Source: Eledone cirrhosa (Eukaryota). From it: a stretch of 64,000 bases of DNA. Position 1 is the stretch's first letter, and each line of letters opens with the position of its first letter. The position numbers and the translations under genes are program-made. Below, in pieces: positions 39,897 through 54,861 of this stretch. Location of the stretch: contig OZ024740.1 of NCBI GenBank assembly GCA_964016885.1, positions 198,524,001-198,588,000 of the forward strand, given 5' to 3'. The notes under the pieces are model-generated. The model was given only the letters and a program-made list of their open reading frames with translations. It had not been told where the DNA came from and did no database searches.

Positions 39897-40163
39897 TATC
39901 TCTCTCTCTCTACATATTTATTTATTCATCTATTTATTTATTCATTTATTTATTTATACAATATATCTGTGTTCATGTCCCGTAAATTAGTGAGTCGACA
40001 AAACGTAAATAGGCGCCAGTCTTCAAAAAATATTTACTGGGATCAAAATGATCAATCGAATCAAGGCCAGTCTCAAACAGGCCCGCAATCTAGTGGCTCT
40101 AACCAGTGACAGAATAAAGAGTATGGAATAATGTATTCTGAGGTGTTTATAATTATATTTTAA

Positions 40164-40808
40164 CTAGCAGTGGTACTCGGCGTTGCACAGGATAAGGTAT
40201 TTTGGAACGCGGGCCGCAAACAGACCTAATCGTGGAAAAACTGCATGCCTGGATAATATGTAAAGAAAATAAACCGAATATTCCGATGGCTGGATAATCT
40301 TTAAGATTTTCCTCGATGAAGCAGGAAAAATGCAGGTTTTCACCTAATGCGGGCCCTAGGGGATCAAGAAAATGAATTTTTTTTATGTGCATAATATGCC
40401 TGGAAATTTCGGGAAAATCGGCTAGACGTAACGCCTCAAAAAAGCCCTAAAAAGCTGAAAAAATGAAGTTTTTCACCTAATGCGGGCCCGAGGCCATAAA
40501 AAAGTTGGATTTTCCTTGCTCACGGTATGAAGAAGATACTGACTAATACATAGTTACACTTTCAAGGAAATCGGTCTGACGTAACGCCTACCCCCCAAAA
40601 AAAATAAAACGTGAAAAAACGCAGTTTTTCACCTAATGCGGGCTCTAGGTTATCAAAAAGTTGAATTTTTTATGTGCATAACACTCCCTGAAACATAAGT
40701 AATACACATGTAAAGTTTGAAAAAACCGGTTGGGTACTTCTCGAGTTTTAGGGATTCAAATTCACAGACACACACACAGACAGACATCCTCAGTTTTATA
40801 TATATAGA
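40164..40808 (-). mobile_element. Non-autonomous Helitron, copy 1
   Basis: Minus strand begins A|TCTATATATATAAAAC and ends with a GC-rich imperfect hairpin plus CTAG|T. Internal ttttcacctaatgcggg subrepeats and a short (CA)n. Confidence 0.8.
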
Positions 40809-42319
40809 TGATATTTCCTACACATTAATGTTATCGCTAGTGGCATTGTGCCGTTAATTTCGTCCGTCTCTTTGTTATCAAATGATGGCCTTCAAATTTG
40901 TGGTTAGGCTATTGAACTCAGAATAGTTTTTGTCGTATTTACGATTCGTAGTTCTGGGATGGCACTTTGTTTTATTGAGCAAGTCACTTTATTTCAGGTT
41001 TTTCAAGTTCATGGATGGGTGATCTGTTTAAGAGTTAGAATCTTGAGGTTTTATCGCTGATCGCCAATAAATCCTAATTGAGATCCAACCTGATATTTCT
41101 GTGTTTGAGACTTTACTTAATAGTTTTAAATATTTATCCAAATAGCTATACGATGGAGTATGTACTTAAGAAGATTTCAGCACTGTCCCAGTTAAACATT
41201 TATGATATCTACATGCTCCGCCCCACAGTTATACACATAAAAATAATTTTCATTCATATGCACTCGTTTCACAATTTTTCTTCCTGTCTTTCTCCCTCTC
41301 TTTCTCTCTCTCACCCCCCACCCCCAAACATACATCTCCCTTCCTTTTATCCCGCATACATACATTATGCCATGAGACCATGTACCAAATAACACAAAAC
41401 CTTTTCTCCGTATTCCCTCCAGTCAAAAACGTCACATATAAAGGAATGAACTGCATCAATATAAACCATTCTCTTATTCATTGATTTTCAAAGGGTATTT
41501 CCATAGAATGTTCCTCAATCTTCCATTTAGACAAATAATATAAAAAATTATTGGATTATTAACAGATTATTGCAATAAATGCATATGTAATTAAAGGCCT
41601 TCGCTCCAGGATTCAATCGATAATTAACCTTTTAATCGATTTTATTCGATATGATTTTTAGATGTTATTTTAATAAAGAAATATTGTTGCCGAGCAACAT
41701 TAATATTTTAAACTATATTTTCCTGTGTAGCCATTTCAATGGATTATCCGGTAGTTATACTACGTTCAGGGAACCCATGAAATTTTGAAATTAAAATTAC
41801 ATCTCACATATATGCAGGGTTAGCTGGCTTCCTTCAAGATAGTATCTCATAGTTTTTATGGAAGTTGTAATGTGTGGTGGACCCAGCCCTATCATGAAAA
41901 TAATGGGTCATGCACAATAATACAACACGCCGTCCACTCGAGAAATCGACCCCAAAGCAATATACTTGCGAGTTCAGGACCTTAGCTACTAGGTCACTTC
42001 TAAATGAGATAAAGATTAACGTTAACCATACGAGTGGTGATGTATCAGAGCAGCGAATGGGATGTCTTGCGCTATTTGTTCTGTCTATTTGCCTTGTAAT
42101 GTTAAATATAGCGGTGGAATATATGAGTAGCAGGCTTAAAACATTGGCAGCCTTAACATCACTAATTGGTCAACGGGTGTTTTAGAATCTATTTTTCAAT
42201 TTGCACGTAGCGAGCATCGTAGTTAGAAATATATTCTTTCTTTCATCCCCCCACCATTGAAACACACACACCTAAACACACACACATACATACGTACACA
42301 CACATACACATACATACAT

Positions 42320-42350
<31 letters not shown>

Positions 42351-42474
42351 GGAAAAAGTTTAACCCCGACGGCAGAGCTCAAGCCGTTTCGACAGCTATT
42401 ACCCACTCTACTACCCTAAGTATTGAGTACTCTGGTGCGTTATAATCCATCTGGTTCCTTACCACACATCCTTC

Positions 42475-42533
<59 letters not shown>

Positions 42534-42559
42534 ATACTTTGGGAGGGTCATGTTGCCAA

Positions 42560-43129
42560 TAAGTAACACACGCACCAGTTGACTTCACTTCAATTTATTA
42601 TAGATTAAATTTTTAAATTTAAGAATTTATAAATTTCCGGTTGGTTGGTTGGTTCCATAACCGGACGGTTGTTCATATTTTGTCAAAGTTCTTTCGTCAC
42701 ACATTCTGTGACCTCTTAATTGACTGGGGATTCTTTTCTTTGTTTTGTGCCTCTCCGTTGTTCTGTCCTACGCCATCTTGTTTTTGTGTGTGTTGTGTGC
42801 TTAGTTTGCGCATGTGTTACATCCGGGTGTCTGTGTGTGTTTTTATTTGTCTATTTATTTATTTATTTACATGTTACTGGTTGGTTGTTTGTTCTATGTG
42901 CGTGTGTGTTTTCATTTATTGTAAGTTGTGATGTTGCTATTCCATTCATCTTTTTTATTTAATTTTGGTTGGAGTTCATTTATGTTTATTGCCTCTGTGA
43001 TTTGTCTAAACATTGCGTCTTTTCTGTGTGTAGTTTCTATTTTTATTACTATGTTCTCCCAAAGCATAACAATATCGGTTTCAACACACGTTTTCAGATA
43101 AAGAATCTTGCTAAGCAAATTCAGAAACG

Positions 43130-43130
<1 letters not shown>
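42560..43130 (-). mobile_element. 3' fragment of the same PLE family as 38699-39220, with a decayed HHR at 42682-42724
   Basis: [30 protein letters not shown]. Minus: gGTCAC..GTGAC-GAAA-GAAC-TT-TGAC with a mutated core. Confidence 0.75.
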
Positions 43131-43174
<44 letters not shown>

Positions 43175-43338
43175 TACCCGTGACGGAGTGTATAGAAGAA
43201 ATTAATTTGACATTTTTTTTTATTCCAACATTAGAAGGGAAGGGGCATACATTTGCAAGTTTCATTGACTTTCAAAGCTTCAGTCAGCAGCAGTAGTAGC
43301 AGTGAAAGGGTCAAATTCATGATCATCATCATAAAATA

Positions 43339-43500
43339 ATTGTTTCTACTTTTGGCGCAAGGCCAGCAATTTACCAGTGTATTACTGGTACTTTATTTTA
43401 TCCACCCCGTAAGGATGAAAGGCAAAGTTAACCTCGACGGGATTTGAACTCAGATCGTAAAGGGACGTAACTATGCTGGAAAGCATGGTGTCCGACCCTA
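43339..43500 (-). mobile_element. tRNA-derived SINE (gcctttcatcc central domain)
   Basis: Minus: B-box gagttcaaatccc, then ttaactttgcctttcatcc..gtaccagtaatacactgg..gtagaaacaatt. Confidence 0.85.
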
Positions 43501-43628
43501 GTAATAATAGTAGTAAAGGTTATTTATTTATGAAGAAAGTAAACTTTATGACCACTTCATAGACACACATTTCCTTGTATTTTATTATAAAGACATATAG
43601 TTACTGAAACTCCTCATGCTGCGTACAC

Positions 43629-43705
<77 letters not shown>

Positions 43706-44154
43706 TTATATCTGTATAAATACAGTGTGTGAAACGGAGATTGTACCAATTTGTATAACTATATACACATATACACATGTATAATATGTAGGCATGTAGA
43801 TAAGCCAGAATATACGAATTTGGGATGGATGTACTAATTTGCACATAATTAGTGTTCATGTTTGTAATTGATTAAGATATATTAAGAAGTGTGCTAGCAG
43901 CCGAAGGGTATGATAAAGTTATATCTGTATAAAGTACAGAGTGTGTAACCGAGTTTAGACCAACGTGTATAAATATATGCATGCATGGTCACATAGTTCC
44001 CTAGTTAGTCGTCGGAGTGCCGTATTGACATACCGCCTGTCTAGGCCATTTATAAACATGGGGGAGCTCATCTCTCCATATCTGAATACAGCAGATTTCT
44101 TCAAAAAAAGAAGATAGAAAGTGACAGAATCGAAGTGAGAAAAAGATATGAAGA

Positions 44155-44535
44155 AGAATCGACTCCACTTGATTGCTACGTTTTTTTTATCGACCTTGAA
44201 CGGATGAAAAGAAAAGTTGGCCTTATGGGATTTGAACGCAGAGAACAGAGAGCCGGAACAAATACCGTAAACTATTCTATTCGACGATCTAACGATTCTC
44301 CCACCCTTATATAAATATATACGTATATTTAATATGTAAATTGAAATAATTGTTTCTACTTTAGGCACAAGGCCAGCAAATTACCCAGTATATTACTGGT
44401 ACTTTATTTTATCGAGCCCGTAAGGATGAAAGGCAAAGTTAACCTCGGCGGGATTTGAACTCAGAATGGCAAGGGCCGTAACTCTATGCGTCAAAGCATG
44501 GCGTTCGACCCTCTACCAATACTGCCAATCCAGCA
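44155..44535 (-). mobile_element. Two adjacent SINE copies (older 44155-44310, younger 44348-44535)
   Basis: Same B-box and central domain. The younger copy has the A-box-like tggcagtattggtagagg. Confidence 0.8.
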
Positions 44536-45036
44536 ATATCTGTATGCGTGTGTATGTGTGCGTGTGGATTTGTTCATCGGTTATTTTTTTTAATTTAATT
44601 TAGTTGTGCGAATGACGTACAGAGATTCCAAGCTGACAATTATGTTAATGGAACAATCAGATTTGTATCTGTTAGTTCGCTCGTGTGATTTGAGAGGCCA
44701 ATAGACAAAATTATATTTGAAATACAATTCTACATATTCTGTACATAAACTCTACGACTTTGTTGCCTGACAAATAATATGGATTATTTTTAGTAAAAAT
44801 AACCTTTGCGCAACAGATTTCAAAGCATGAACTTATATGTCAAGCATATGTCAGAAACTGTTTCACTTAGACTGATGCATCTAATTTCTACTCCGCTTAT
44901 TGGCATATAAAATAGTCAGGCCTCTGTGGGGCTGTTTCAATTACTTCTTCCGAATTCGAATAAAGGAGAATTTAGTGAATTATTTGTTTAAAAATTGAAT
45001 CTTGTTATTTTGTAAAACAAGAGTTTATATAAGTTA

Positions 45037-45874
<838 letters not shown>

Positions 45875-46169
45875 TGTGCAAAGGATATCTACAGCAATAT
45901 TTCGCTTAAGAATTCCCTAATTAACGACAGAACTAAAACAGCATGTTATAGAATAAAACCATATAATGCAACATAATATGGACATGCAATGCTACACAGT
46001 ATTTTTACGTAAAGTAAACATACCTTTAGTCATGACTGGAGTAACTAAACAACTTCGACAGAGGGGTAAATATATTATATTAAATGCACATTTATTCTTG
46101 CTCTGAATATTATAAGCTGTTATCATGTCACATTAATCACACTTACTCCTATTTGAAATATTTCTTTCG

Positions 46170-47400
46170 GAAAGTCTTCACAATACGGACTATGTTCCTA
46201 GATCTAGAAATTGAGTTAATGGTGCTAGACGTGGCCACCAGCGACAGTTATACCGTCAAACGTGTGGCCGTCTACGTACCGACCGGAGCAGGTCTGATTT
46301 CTTCAGAAACATGGAGACCTTTTTAGAAACGTCCCACTTTTAGGCTTAGTGGACGATTGGAACGGTATCTTTGAAGCATGCTGTGACAAGTAAACAGGAG
46401 ACGAGGGCATAGGAGTCTCACGAAACTGCTCAGCCGAATCCAATTGTGTGGAAGTCACCAACTGGATTTCCTAGACGTGCTAAACTGGTCATGATCAAAC
46501 CGCATCGGTGCATCCAGTTCGTATCTAGATAGGGTATGCTATAGGGAAGTAGAAGTAAATAAGGCTAAACTAGGTTGTCCAATCAAAGTAGTCGAATACA
46601 CAGACCACCATTTTGTGATATGTACAGTCATTATAGATAGGCTACAGAGACAGGGACTCGGATACTGGAAGCTGAACATTTCTTTCCTGGCGCGCAAAGC
46701 TTACAGACAGGATTAGAGAATTAATTAAGCGGGTGTTGATGCGGTCAACCGTTCACAAAGTATGGTGGTTTGCCGTGAACAGAACGATTAGAGTAGTATC
46801 GATGCAGTTTAATAAAGGATTAATGATAGAGAAAGCTAGAGGGTGAGCAAGTTAGAATGCTGGAGGAAAACTTTAGGAAAATATCGCCGCAAGATTGAAC
46901 ATCGACCCATCCTTTCGCTTCTTGTGGAAAAGCCACGATCCAATGTTCAGGAGGTCCATTTGCTGTCAGCAACTGCAGCATGGCGAGCTGGGATATCTAG
47001 AGCTGACGATTATCTGGGATGCACTGAGGCTACGATATCTTCAGATATCACTTGAAGAAGAAAAGCAGAATGGAGATGGAAGAGCACCCTTCCAACCAGT
47101 TTATTGAAAGGTGGATGAGATTGAGAAGCATGCTCCGAGTGAATGGGCCTGCTTCAAGTGTGCGTCTATAGATTGGAGGGGGCACGTGTCCTATCGGTCA
47201 TGGTGACACTAGCTTTTTGTAGGCATTTCAACGAGTGACATTCGGATGTCTCCACCTACTGGGGATTTTGCTTTTTTATAAAATGGTTAAATGTTTGTTC
47301 TTGTATTACCACATTTTTACACGCTAAACTACATATTATGCCGTACTATGTCATCTTCAGCCATCTTTATCGTTTTCGTAATATCATCCATCATGTAGTT
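46170..47400 (+). mobile_element. Old, internally deleted Tx1/L1-like LINE
   Basis: Degenerate match to 51580-52240 (FLDLE..VAVYVP, ggatactggaagctgaac) and to the 54490-54760 3' end. Confidence 0.75.
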
Positions 47401-47429
47401 GTTATTGTTGTTGTTGTTGCTATTATATT

Positions 47430-48670
47430 TTCATTTATCTTGCTTTATGTTCCTGTAACTGTAAGTTACTGCTTATTCTTTCCCTCATTGTCGAGTGTTT
47501 GATTCCGTCTCCTTCATAAAGTCCTAGATATTTATAAGTTTCATCTTGATCAAGTTCTCTTATCACATTCCCCCGATCAAGATTAATGTCTGAACTTCTC
47601 AGTGGCTTTCCTCTGGCTTTCCTTTGACCGTGGCTTTGGCGCATTTATCTAGTCCAAACTCTTTTAATATCCTCACTGAACTGCTTCACAGTGGCTAATA
47701 GCCCTTGAAATTGCTCATCATTTTTTACAAATAGTTTCAGGTCATCCATGTAGAGCATGTGGTTAAGGGGTTTGTCATAGACTTTATATCCATGTTTTGT
47801 TTAATCGAGCGATTTACTTAATGGTATAAGTGCGATGCAGAATAAAAGCGGTGATAAAAAGTCACCCTGAAAAATTCCACAATTAATATTTTCTTCAGCT
47901 TACAGTGATTATTTTTCACTGTTCGAAATGAGTATTGTTTCCCATGTTTTCATACTGAATGACAGGAACTTTCTGACAACGGAAGGTATCTTCAAAATCT
48001 CTAAACACTTTTCAATTCAACTGTGTGGCAAACTATCGAATGCTTTTTTGTAATCTATCTAAGCAATTGATAGATTTTTATGTCTTTTATGACAATCTTC
48101 CGGTATCATTTTATTAACCCAAAGCTGATCCTTAACCTATGAGCCTCCTTTACACCATTTCTGCTCATTGGGAAATAGATCATTTGTTATCAGTGATCAG
48201 TTAGGATTCATGTTAAAATGTCATACATTGTAGTCAAACAAGTTGTTGGTCTGTAATTTTTTGGATTATTTGTCTCATCATTCTTCGGAAGTAAGAATGT
48301 AATGCCGTTAACTAGCCATGATGGTATCTTTTCTGGCTCATTAACCATTTAATTGTAAAGTTGGGTTAAGAGCTCATGAGATTCTGTGAGATTTAGTATT
48401 TTGTCTTTCTCTGGGGATTTTCATTTGCTGGATTTTCTAAGAGCTAAACGCAGATGTTCAACTGTTATATTTCCCCATGTTTATTCTTCAAGGTGAGCTG
48501 TATCTATCATTTGTCTGTCTATCCATGGGGCATTTATATTATGAACTTTTTCTTCGGCTCACATCTTTTCCCATAATTCTTGCACTTCCTCCTTGGGTGG
48601 TATTGATTTAGCAGTTATTGTTGACTTGCCAAATTTTCTGTAGAAGTATTTTTGGTTGTTTGTTGTTGTT
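47430..48670 (-). mobile_element. Old, deleted R4/Dong-type LINE
   Basis: Degenerate match to 56180-57390. The 3' end catttatcttgctttatgttc is identical to ~54866. Confidence 0.85.
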
Positions 48671-48674
48671 TTTA

Positions 48675-49140
48675 TCTGTCTGGTGGCCATAGCGAAAGAT
48701 ATAGTATGGTGGACGCGTCTGAAAGGGCTGAGACGAGCACTTATCTCTTCGGTGATGCCCTGATTAACTTTTTCAAATTTCAAAAAGGAAAATAAGGGTA
48801 GATTGGGAAGTGCTCTCTTCCCAGCATTTTGTTGAAAGATGGGTGAGAGAAGGAAGAATGGCCCGAGTGAATGGGCCTACTCTGAGTATGTGTCTGTAAA
48901 TTAAAGGTGGAAAACTGGGAGAGGGCACTTGCCCAGGTGGTCAGGGTCACTGTAGCCTTTTAATGGGCTTTCTCCACAAATGTTCCTCGGAAGTCTCCCC
49001 CCCCTATTGGGGAATTTTTCATTGTTATTTTTTTGTTACATCCTCTGTTTTTGTTTTTTACACGCAGAAATGGCCATTTGTACCGTCCTGTATTGTCCTG
49101 TACTGTCCTTAATGTCTACTTGTCGTTAATAAAGAAAGTA
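48675..49140 (+). mobile_element. 3' fragment of a Tx1/L1-like LINE
   Basis: Near-identical to 54327-54796. Confidence 0.9.
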
Positions 49141-49163
49141 TTATTTTTATTATTATTATTATT

Positions 49164-52100
49164 GGCGACCTACGTAGGAAAGCGTATTGTCGTGAGCTCA
49201 GCAAAGGTTTGTTGTTTTCAGTTGTTTAAAATTGCCATTTATGTAAAATTTTTATTGTCAACTGTATATAAGTGCACCTACAGTGTTTTCTGAAAAGGAC
49301 ACTCAATAAGATTGGGGCCTTGAGCCCAAAATTTAAACTTTTATAATTATCAAACAAAAATTTCTTTGAAAAAAATCATGGACGATTCACAGTCACACCT
49401 TCCTCACAAACTAACACCTCACACCGACACCGCCATTGTAAATATTATTACGTTTGCCAACACTAAAAATATAAAGAGTAGAAATAATTTAAATTTGTCT
49501 CATGCAGACATTCATTTCCCGCCATTACCAATGACCGCAGGTCTTGAAGCCGCCACCCCCACCACCACCACAGCGACAACAGAAACAAAAGAAAAAAAGA
49601 ATTATCTCGTGACATCGAAATGGATTCACCCAAAATTGACTCTTCCACACCGAACACCACTGACGCCACTACTACCACAACTGAAACTAAAAATAACAAT
49701 AACAAAAATAACGATAACAACAATGAGAATAAGAAAACCACCTTCTCTTTTGCCAGAGTAGCAAAAAAGTGCGAAACAATCCAGGTAACTCAGGAGGAAT
49801 TAGATGAGGCCAAGAGAATGGTAAAGAAAGATGGGTACAGGGTCACCCCCCCCCCCCCCCCCCGCCTAATAAAATGGAGCATCGGCGCCTATGCACCGTG
49901 TCTTATCGGACGATTAACATAAAATCGCGCTGAGTAGAACGAGCATCCGAGTCCCAAATCCAAAAAGCTTTGGGACATGTGTGGGCAAAGAACCCCCACA
50001 TCAGACGTGGGCAGAAATATGGAACTGTGGACATGTTCTTTGGAACACCGCAGGAGGCCAGGGAACACTCCATTAAGAAGTGACGACTTCACACTCGTCC
50101 CAAGCTATTGTGGCCAGAGACTCGTGAAGATCAGTGTGACCCACGTTCCACCGGCCATCGAAATTCCCTGGCTAATGGCTACTGTCCTCGCTGGCATCGA
50201 GGCCAACACCAAGATAATCGAAATAGGGAAAGAAAAGCAGGAGAACTGGTCCGGATCTGGGATGGAGCTCCTGATCCAAGCGGACCAAATAAGCATTGAG
50301 GAGATCCCAGAGGTAATAGACCTCACTGACGGCCCCACCTCACCGTAATCGTCGAGGACAGAAGGCCTAGGTGTGTCGTTTGTGGTGAAGGAACCCACCT
50401 AAGGGATTTCTGCCCGTAGGCTAAAAGGTTGAGGCCACTTCTCTTACCCACCCCAGTGACTCAACCATCAACACCACCCGCAGCAGAAATGGCAGCAACA
50501 ACGGTAGCAGCAACAACAGAAAAAAAAGTAACAGCAACAACCCCAGCAACAGTAGCAAAACCAACACCACCACCACCCAACACCCCAGAACTAGCACCAG
50601 CGCCTACACCATCCACCACGCCACAACCAAAACCAACGCCTGTGGAGGATTTTCCACTCCCTGGTTTATCGCAACTGGAGACAGATTGTGACGACGAGGA
50701 GTGGGAAACGGTATCAGGAAAAAAAGAAAAAAAGAAACCAAAAAAGAAAAAAAATTCTCTTCCTTCCCCCTCCAAAAACAAAATACAGAGGGAAACAAAT
50801 AAATTATCGAACAAGAAAGTTAAGACAGATATGCCACCATCCACACCAGCATCACCAACCCCATTACCACAAACACCAACACCATCACCATCATTAACCC
50901 CAACACCACCATCACCAACACCACAAAAGTCACCAAAAAGCGTAACACAAACAAACCCACAACAAACGCCAGCAAAACAAAATAACCAAAACGATACACA
51001 CTACACAGCATTAAATTTGAGCAACAACCAATTATTACACTACATGCAACACAACACCAACATCACAGAAAAAGACTACACAACAACCCAAAAGTTCACA
51101 CCATCTCCACACATACAAATCACTCGCATCACACAGAAAACGTACACGACACTAAAACAAAAATTCTCCAAAGACATCGGAGACTTCCGACAAACACTCT
51201 CCAGGAGGATTTATAAGGACATCCTTACGGAGGAGGCCACAAGCGGTGAAAAGGATGGACAAACCATCCTTCCTCTACGAGAAGTAAGGTAAGTGGTCTT
51301 TCCCATCTTTTCCACTCCATTTCAACATGACCTCACTCAGAATAGGCAGCATAAATGCGCGTGGCTTGGGGTCGTCATGGAAGCAGGGCCACCTGCTCAA
51401 CGACCTCAGGTCACTAAACATAGATGTAGTGGCCATCAGCGAGACCAGAATATCCGAAGCACGGGCCTTCGCACCGATCTTCGGCGGCTACGATGTGTAC
51501 GCATCTCCAAGCTGTCCGGGATCGGGGTGGGGGGTGTTGCTGTGCTTTTTCGGGGTGGTTTGGATCTCGCCATACGGGCCATCTTCCTGGACCCAGAAGG
51601 TAAGTTGGTGGTGCTAGACCTGACCAGCGGAGACGGGCAAGCTTTCAGGCTAGTGGCCGTCTATGCCCTGTCAGGAGCAGGGCGGCCTCATTTCTTCCGA
51701 CGTCTGGAGACCTTTCTTAGAACGTCCGGCTCTTTAGTGTTAGTGGGCGACTAGAACGGGATCTTAGATGCACGCTGGGACTGTGTGGGATTAGTGGATA
51801 GGGGAAGAGGGTGCAAGAGCCTCACCAACCTGCCCAGGCATTTTGAACTGTCTGACAGGTACCAATTGGATTTCCCGAATGTGCCAATGTTGACTTGGAC
51901 AAATCGCATAGGGTCATCCAGAGTATTTTGTAGAGAAATAGATAGGTCTAGCATGGGCTGTCCACAATTCAAGATAGTCAGCTACACGGACCACAAATTC
52001 GTGATCTGTGTGCTTGACTTAGTTAGGCTTCATAGACGAGGACCCGGCTACTGGAAGCTAAACGCCTCCTTAGCAGCGCGCAAGGTCTACAGAGACCGGA

Positions 52101-54797
52101 TTAGCGTACTAGTTAAGCGGGCGTTGACGGGGGCCTTCGTCAACAACAAGTGGTAGTTTGCTCTGAAAAGAGCAATTAGAATAGAGTCCATTAGGTTTAG
52201 TAAGGCTTTAGCAATAGAGAAAAATAGAGCAGAGGGAGAATTAGTTAGACAATTAGACGAGGCGCTTTGCAAAGCATCGCGACCGACGTACTTGCGGCGA
52301 AATTGGCCCTTGACCAATTCTTCAATGCAAAGCACGAAGGCTGCGTTGTCAGAGCTAGGGTGCGTGCTCTCAGACGCGAGGGAAGGAAAGCCGTTCAATG
52401 GGACCGAGTGGCGGAGGCGCGTCGTGGCAACAAAGCCACGATCCGGTCTTTGGTGGACCACGACGGGCGCATGCTACTCGATCCCGGGCAAATGTGTGAC
52501 GCTTTTCAGCGACACTTCACTGAGTTGTTCGGGGGAAGCGGCGGGCCGGATCGAGGGATGGACTTTAGTGTCTACCTCGACGGACTGCCGCGTCTCTCGG
52601 CCACTGAGGCGGAGTGTTGCGAAAAGCCGATGACATCCGCTGAAGGATGGAGGCAATGACTAGCTGCACAAGGGGTAAATCGCGTGGTTTGGATGGTCTG
52701 CCCTATGAACTTTACGTACAGATGCCAGACTTGTTCGGAGGCATCTTGGCGGACGTCTACTGCAACTGGCAACAGAACGGGAGAATTCCCAGCTCTGTGA
52801 GCCGAGGAGCTGTGGCGCTGCTGAGAAAGGATCCGAACAAGGCGGATAACATAGATAATTTTAGGCCCATAACTCTGCTAAACACAGAGTTCAAGATTTT
52901 GGCCAAGGTGCTAGCAAAGAGGTTGGCGCTTATCGTTAGTGGTCTGGTGGGAGAGGTGCAGACATGCGCCATTCCCTTCAGATCCATCCACGACAACCTC
53001 CATCTCATGCGATACATCGTAGAGAGGGTAGCTAGGGAACCTGGCAGGGGTGGGTCCTTGATCAATTTAGATCAGTCGAAAGCTTTCGATAGGGTCGACC
53101 ATCGTTACCTAGCGGCAGTCCTGAAAGCGGCTGGCTTTGGGCCCGTTTTCAGAGGCTGGATCGCTGCCATGCACAGCGACATCTGCTCTGTGGTGAGAGT
53201 GAAGGGTCACCTTTCGGAACCGTTCAACATCATGCGCTCGGTCCGCCAAGGATGTCCCCTCTCGTCCCTCTTATACGCATTGACTCTCGAGCCATTACTG
53301 CACAAACTGGAGACGTTGAGGGGGTCCCGCGCGACTAGGATGCGGAAGATCCGTGTCAGCATATGCGGACGATGTCACCGTAGTGGTGTCTAACGCCAAA
53401 CACATCGAGGCGATCGGCACTACACTAAGAGAATACGAAGCGGTGACAAGAGCAATGATCAACCAGGAAAAGTCAGTGGGCCTGCAGCTCGGCATCTGGA
53501 GAGTCAGGTCCATGCCGTCCAACAGCGTCGTCGGGCGCTGGACGGACGGACCGGTTAAATTGCTAAGGGTCTGGTTCGGCCCGCCTGACTGCGCTGGAGC
53601 GTTTGCTCTTTCGCTTTTTGTTGAAGGGACGCGCTCCGATGGTCAGGCGGTCCATCTGCTGTCAACACCCCCTACGTGGAGGGCTGGGCATGCCGTGGCT
53701 GATGATGCGTAGACACGCGCGCAGGCTACGACATCTCCACCTCTTCCTCGACGGTGATCAGGTGAGGTTTCCGTTTGCTAGACGCGTCTTTCCCCAGCTC
53801 GTCTCCTTGACGGAGCTGCAGTCCTGTGTCAAGCAAAGACGGAGAGGGAGCGCTTGGAGACTGGAATGTCTTCAGGCGCTGACAGCCCTCGACCAATCGG
53901 GCAATGTTATCGGTGGAAACTCCACCTTGGCGTTCTATAGAGGATTAGTGGCGGGGAAGAGCGACGACGTACTTGGGGAAACTCTAGGCGTCGACGAAAA
54001 TCAACTAGCCAATCTCTTCGGAAGAACTTTCGGGCCGGGGCCTTTGGACAACTTCCAGAAATCTCTGGCCTGGCAGTGCTACGAGGAGCTTTGCCAGTTC
54101 GGGATAAACTCTACAGGCATGGAGGTGCCGTCAGCCGGGCATGTCCGAGATTCGCGCAGGGCGACGAAACCGTCCTGCACGCACTCGTCCAGTGTCCGAG
54201 CATTGCTGACTTGTGGGTTTATGTCGAACACCTGCTGTCGCGTGTGGGACAGATCCAGCTATCAGCTGACTCCATCGTGAGGATTTCCCCGCGCTCTTCC
54301 TTTAGCCGGGAGGGGCAGGCAGTTGTTATCTGTCTGGTGGCCATGGCGAAAGAGATAGTATGGTGGACACGTTTGAAAGGGCTGAAGACGAGCGCTTACC
54401 TCTTCGGTGATGCCCTGATTAACTTTTTCAAATTTCATTTGAAAAGGAAAATCAGGGTAGAAAGGGAAGTGCTCTCTTCCCAGCATTTTGTTGAAAGATG
54501 GGTGAGAGAGGCAAGAATGGCCCGAGTGAATGGGCCTACTCTGAGTATGTGTTTATAAATTAAAGGTGGAAAACTGGGAGAGGGCACTTGCCCTGGTGGT
54601 CAGGGTCACTGTGGCTTTTTAATGGGCTTTCTCCACGAATGTCCCTCGGAAGTCTCCCCCCTATTGGGGAATCTTTTCATTGTTCTATTATTACATCCTC
54701 TGTTTCTTGTTTTTTACACGCAGAAATGCCCATTTGTACCGCCCTGTATTGTCCTTAATGTCTACTTTATGTAAACCCTTGTGGTTAATAAAGAACA

Positions 54798-54800
<3 letters not shown>
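49164..54800 (+). mobile_element. Full-length decayed Tx1/L1-clade LINE inserted in (TTA)n
   Basis: ORF1 ~49380-51292 is Pro/Thr-rich with the CCHC knuckle CVVCGEGTHLRDFC. ORF2 runs from 51327 (MTSLRIGSINARGL, SETR, TDHK, GYWKLN, DQSKAFDRVDH, SVRQGCPLS, AYADD, CPRF..ETVLHALVQC) to 54558 with frameshifts. (TTA)n on both sides. Confidence 0.92.
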
Positions 54801-54837
<37 letters not shown>

Positions 54838-54861
54838 ATTATTATTATTATTATTATTACA

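Noticed and set aside
41078-42200. Possible host exons in less repetitive sequence (also 59800-62500)
   Set aside because: Short ORFs have no recognisable domains and no supportable splice structure. Small exons cannot be excluded without RNA-seq.
44455-44535. tRNA gene
   Set aside because: The A/B boxes belong to a SINE head, with no cloverleaf.
50429-51292. Pro/Thr-rich mucin-like host protein
   Set aside because: It is the C-terminal part of Tx1 ORF1, between the CCHC knuckle and the ORF2 start.
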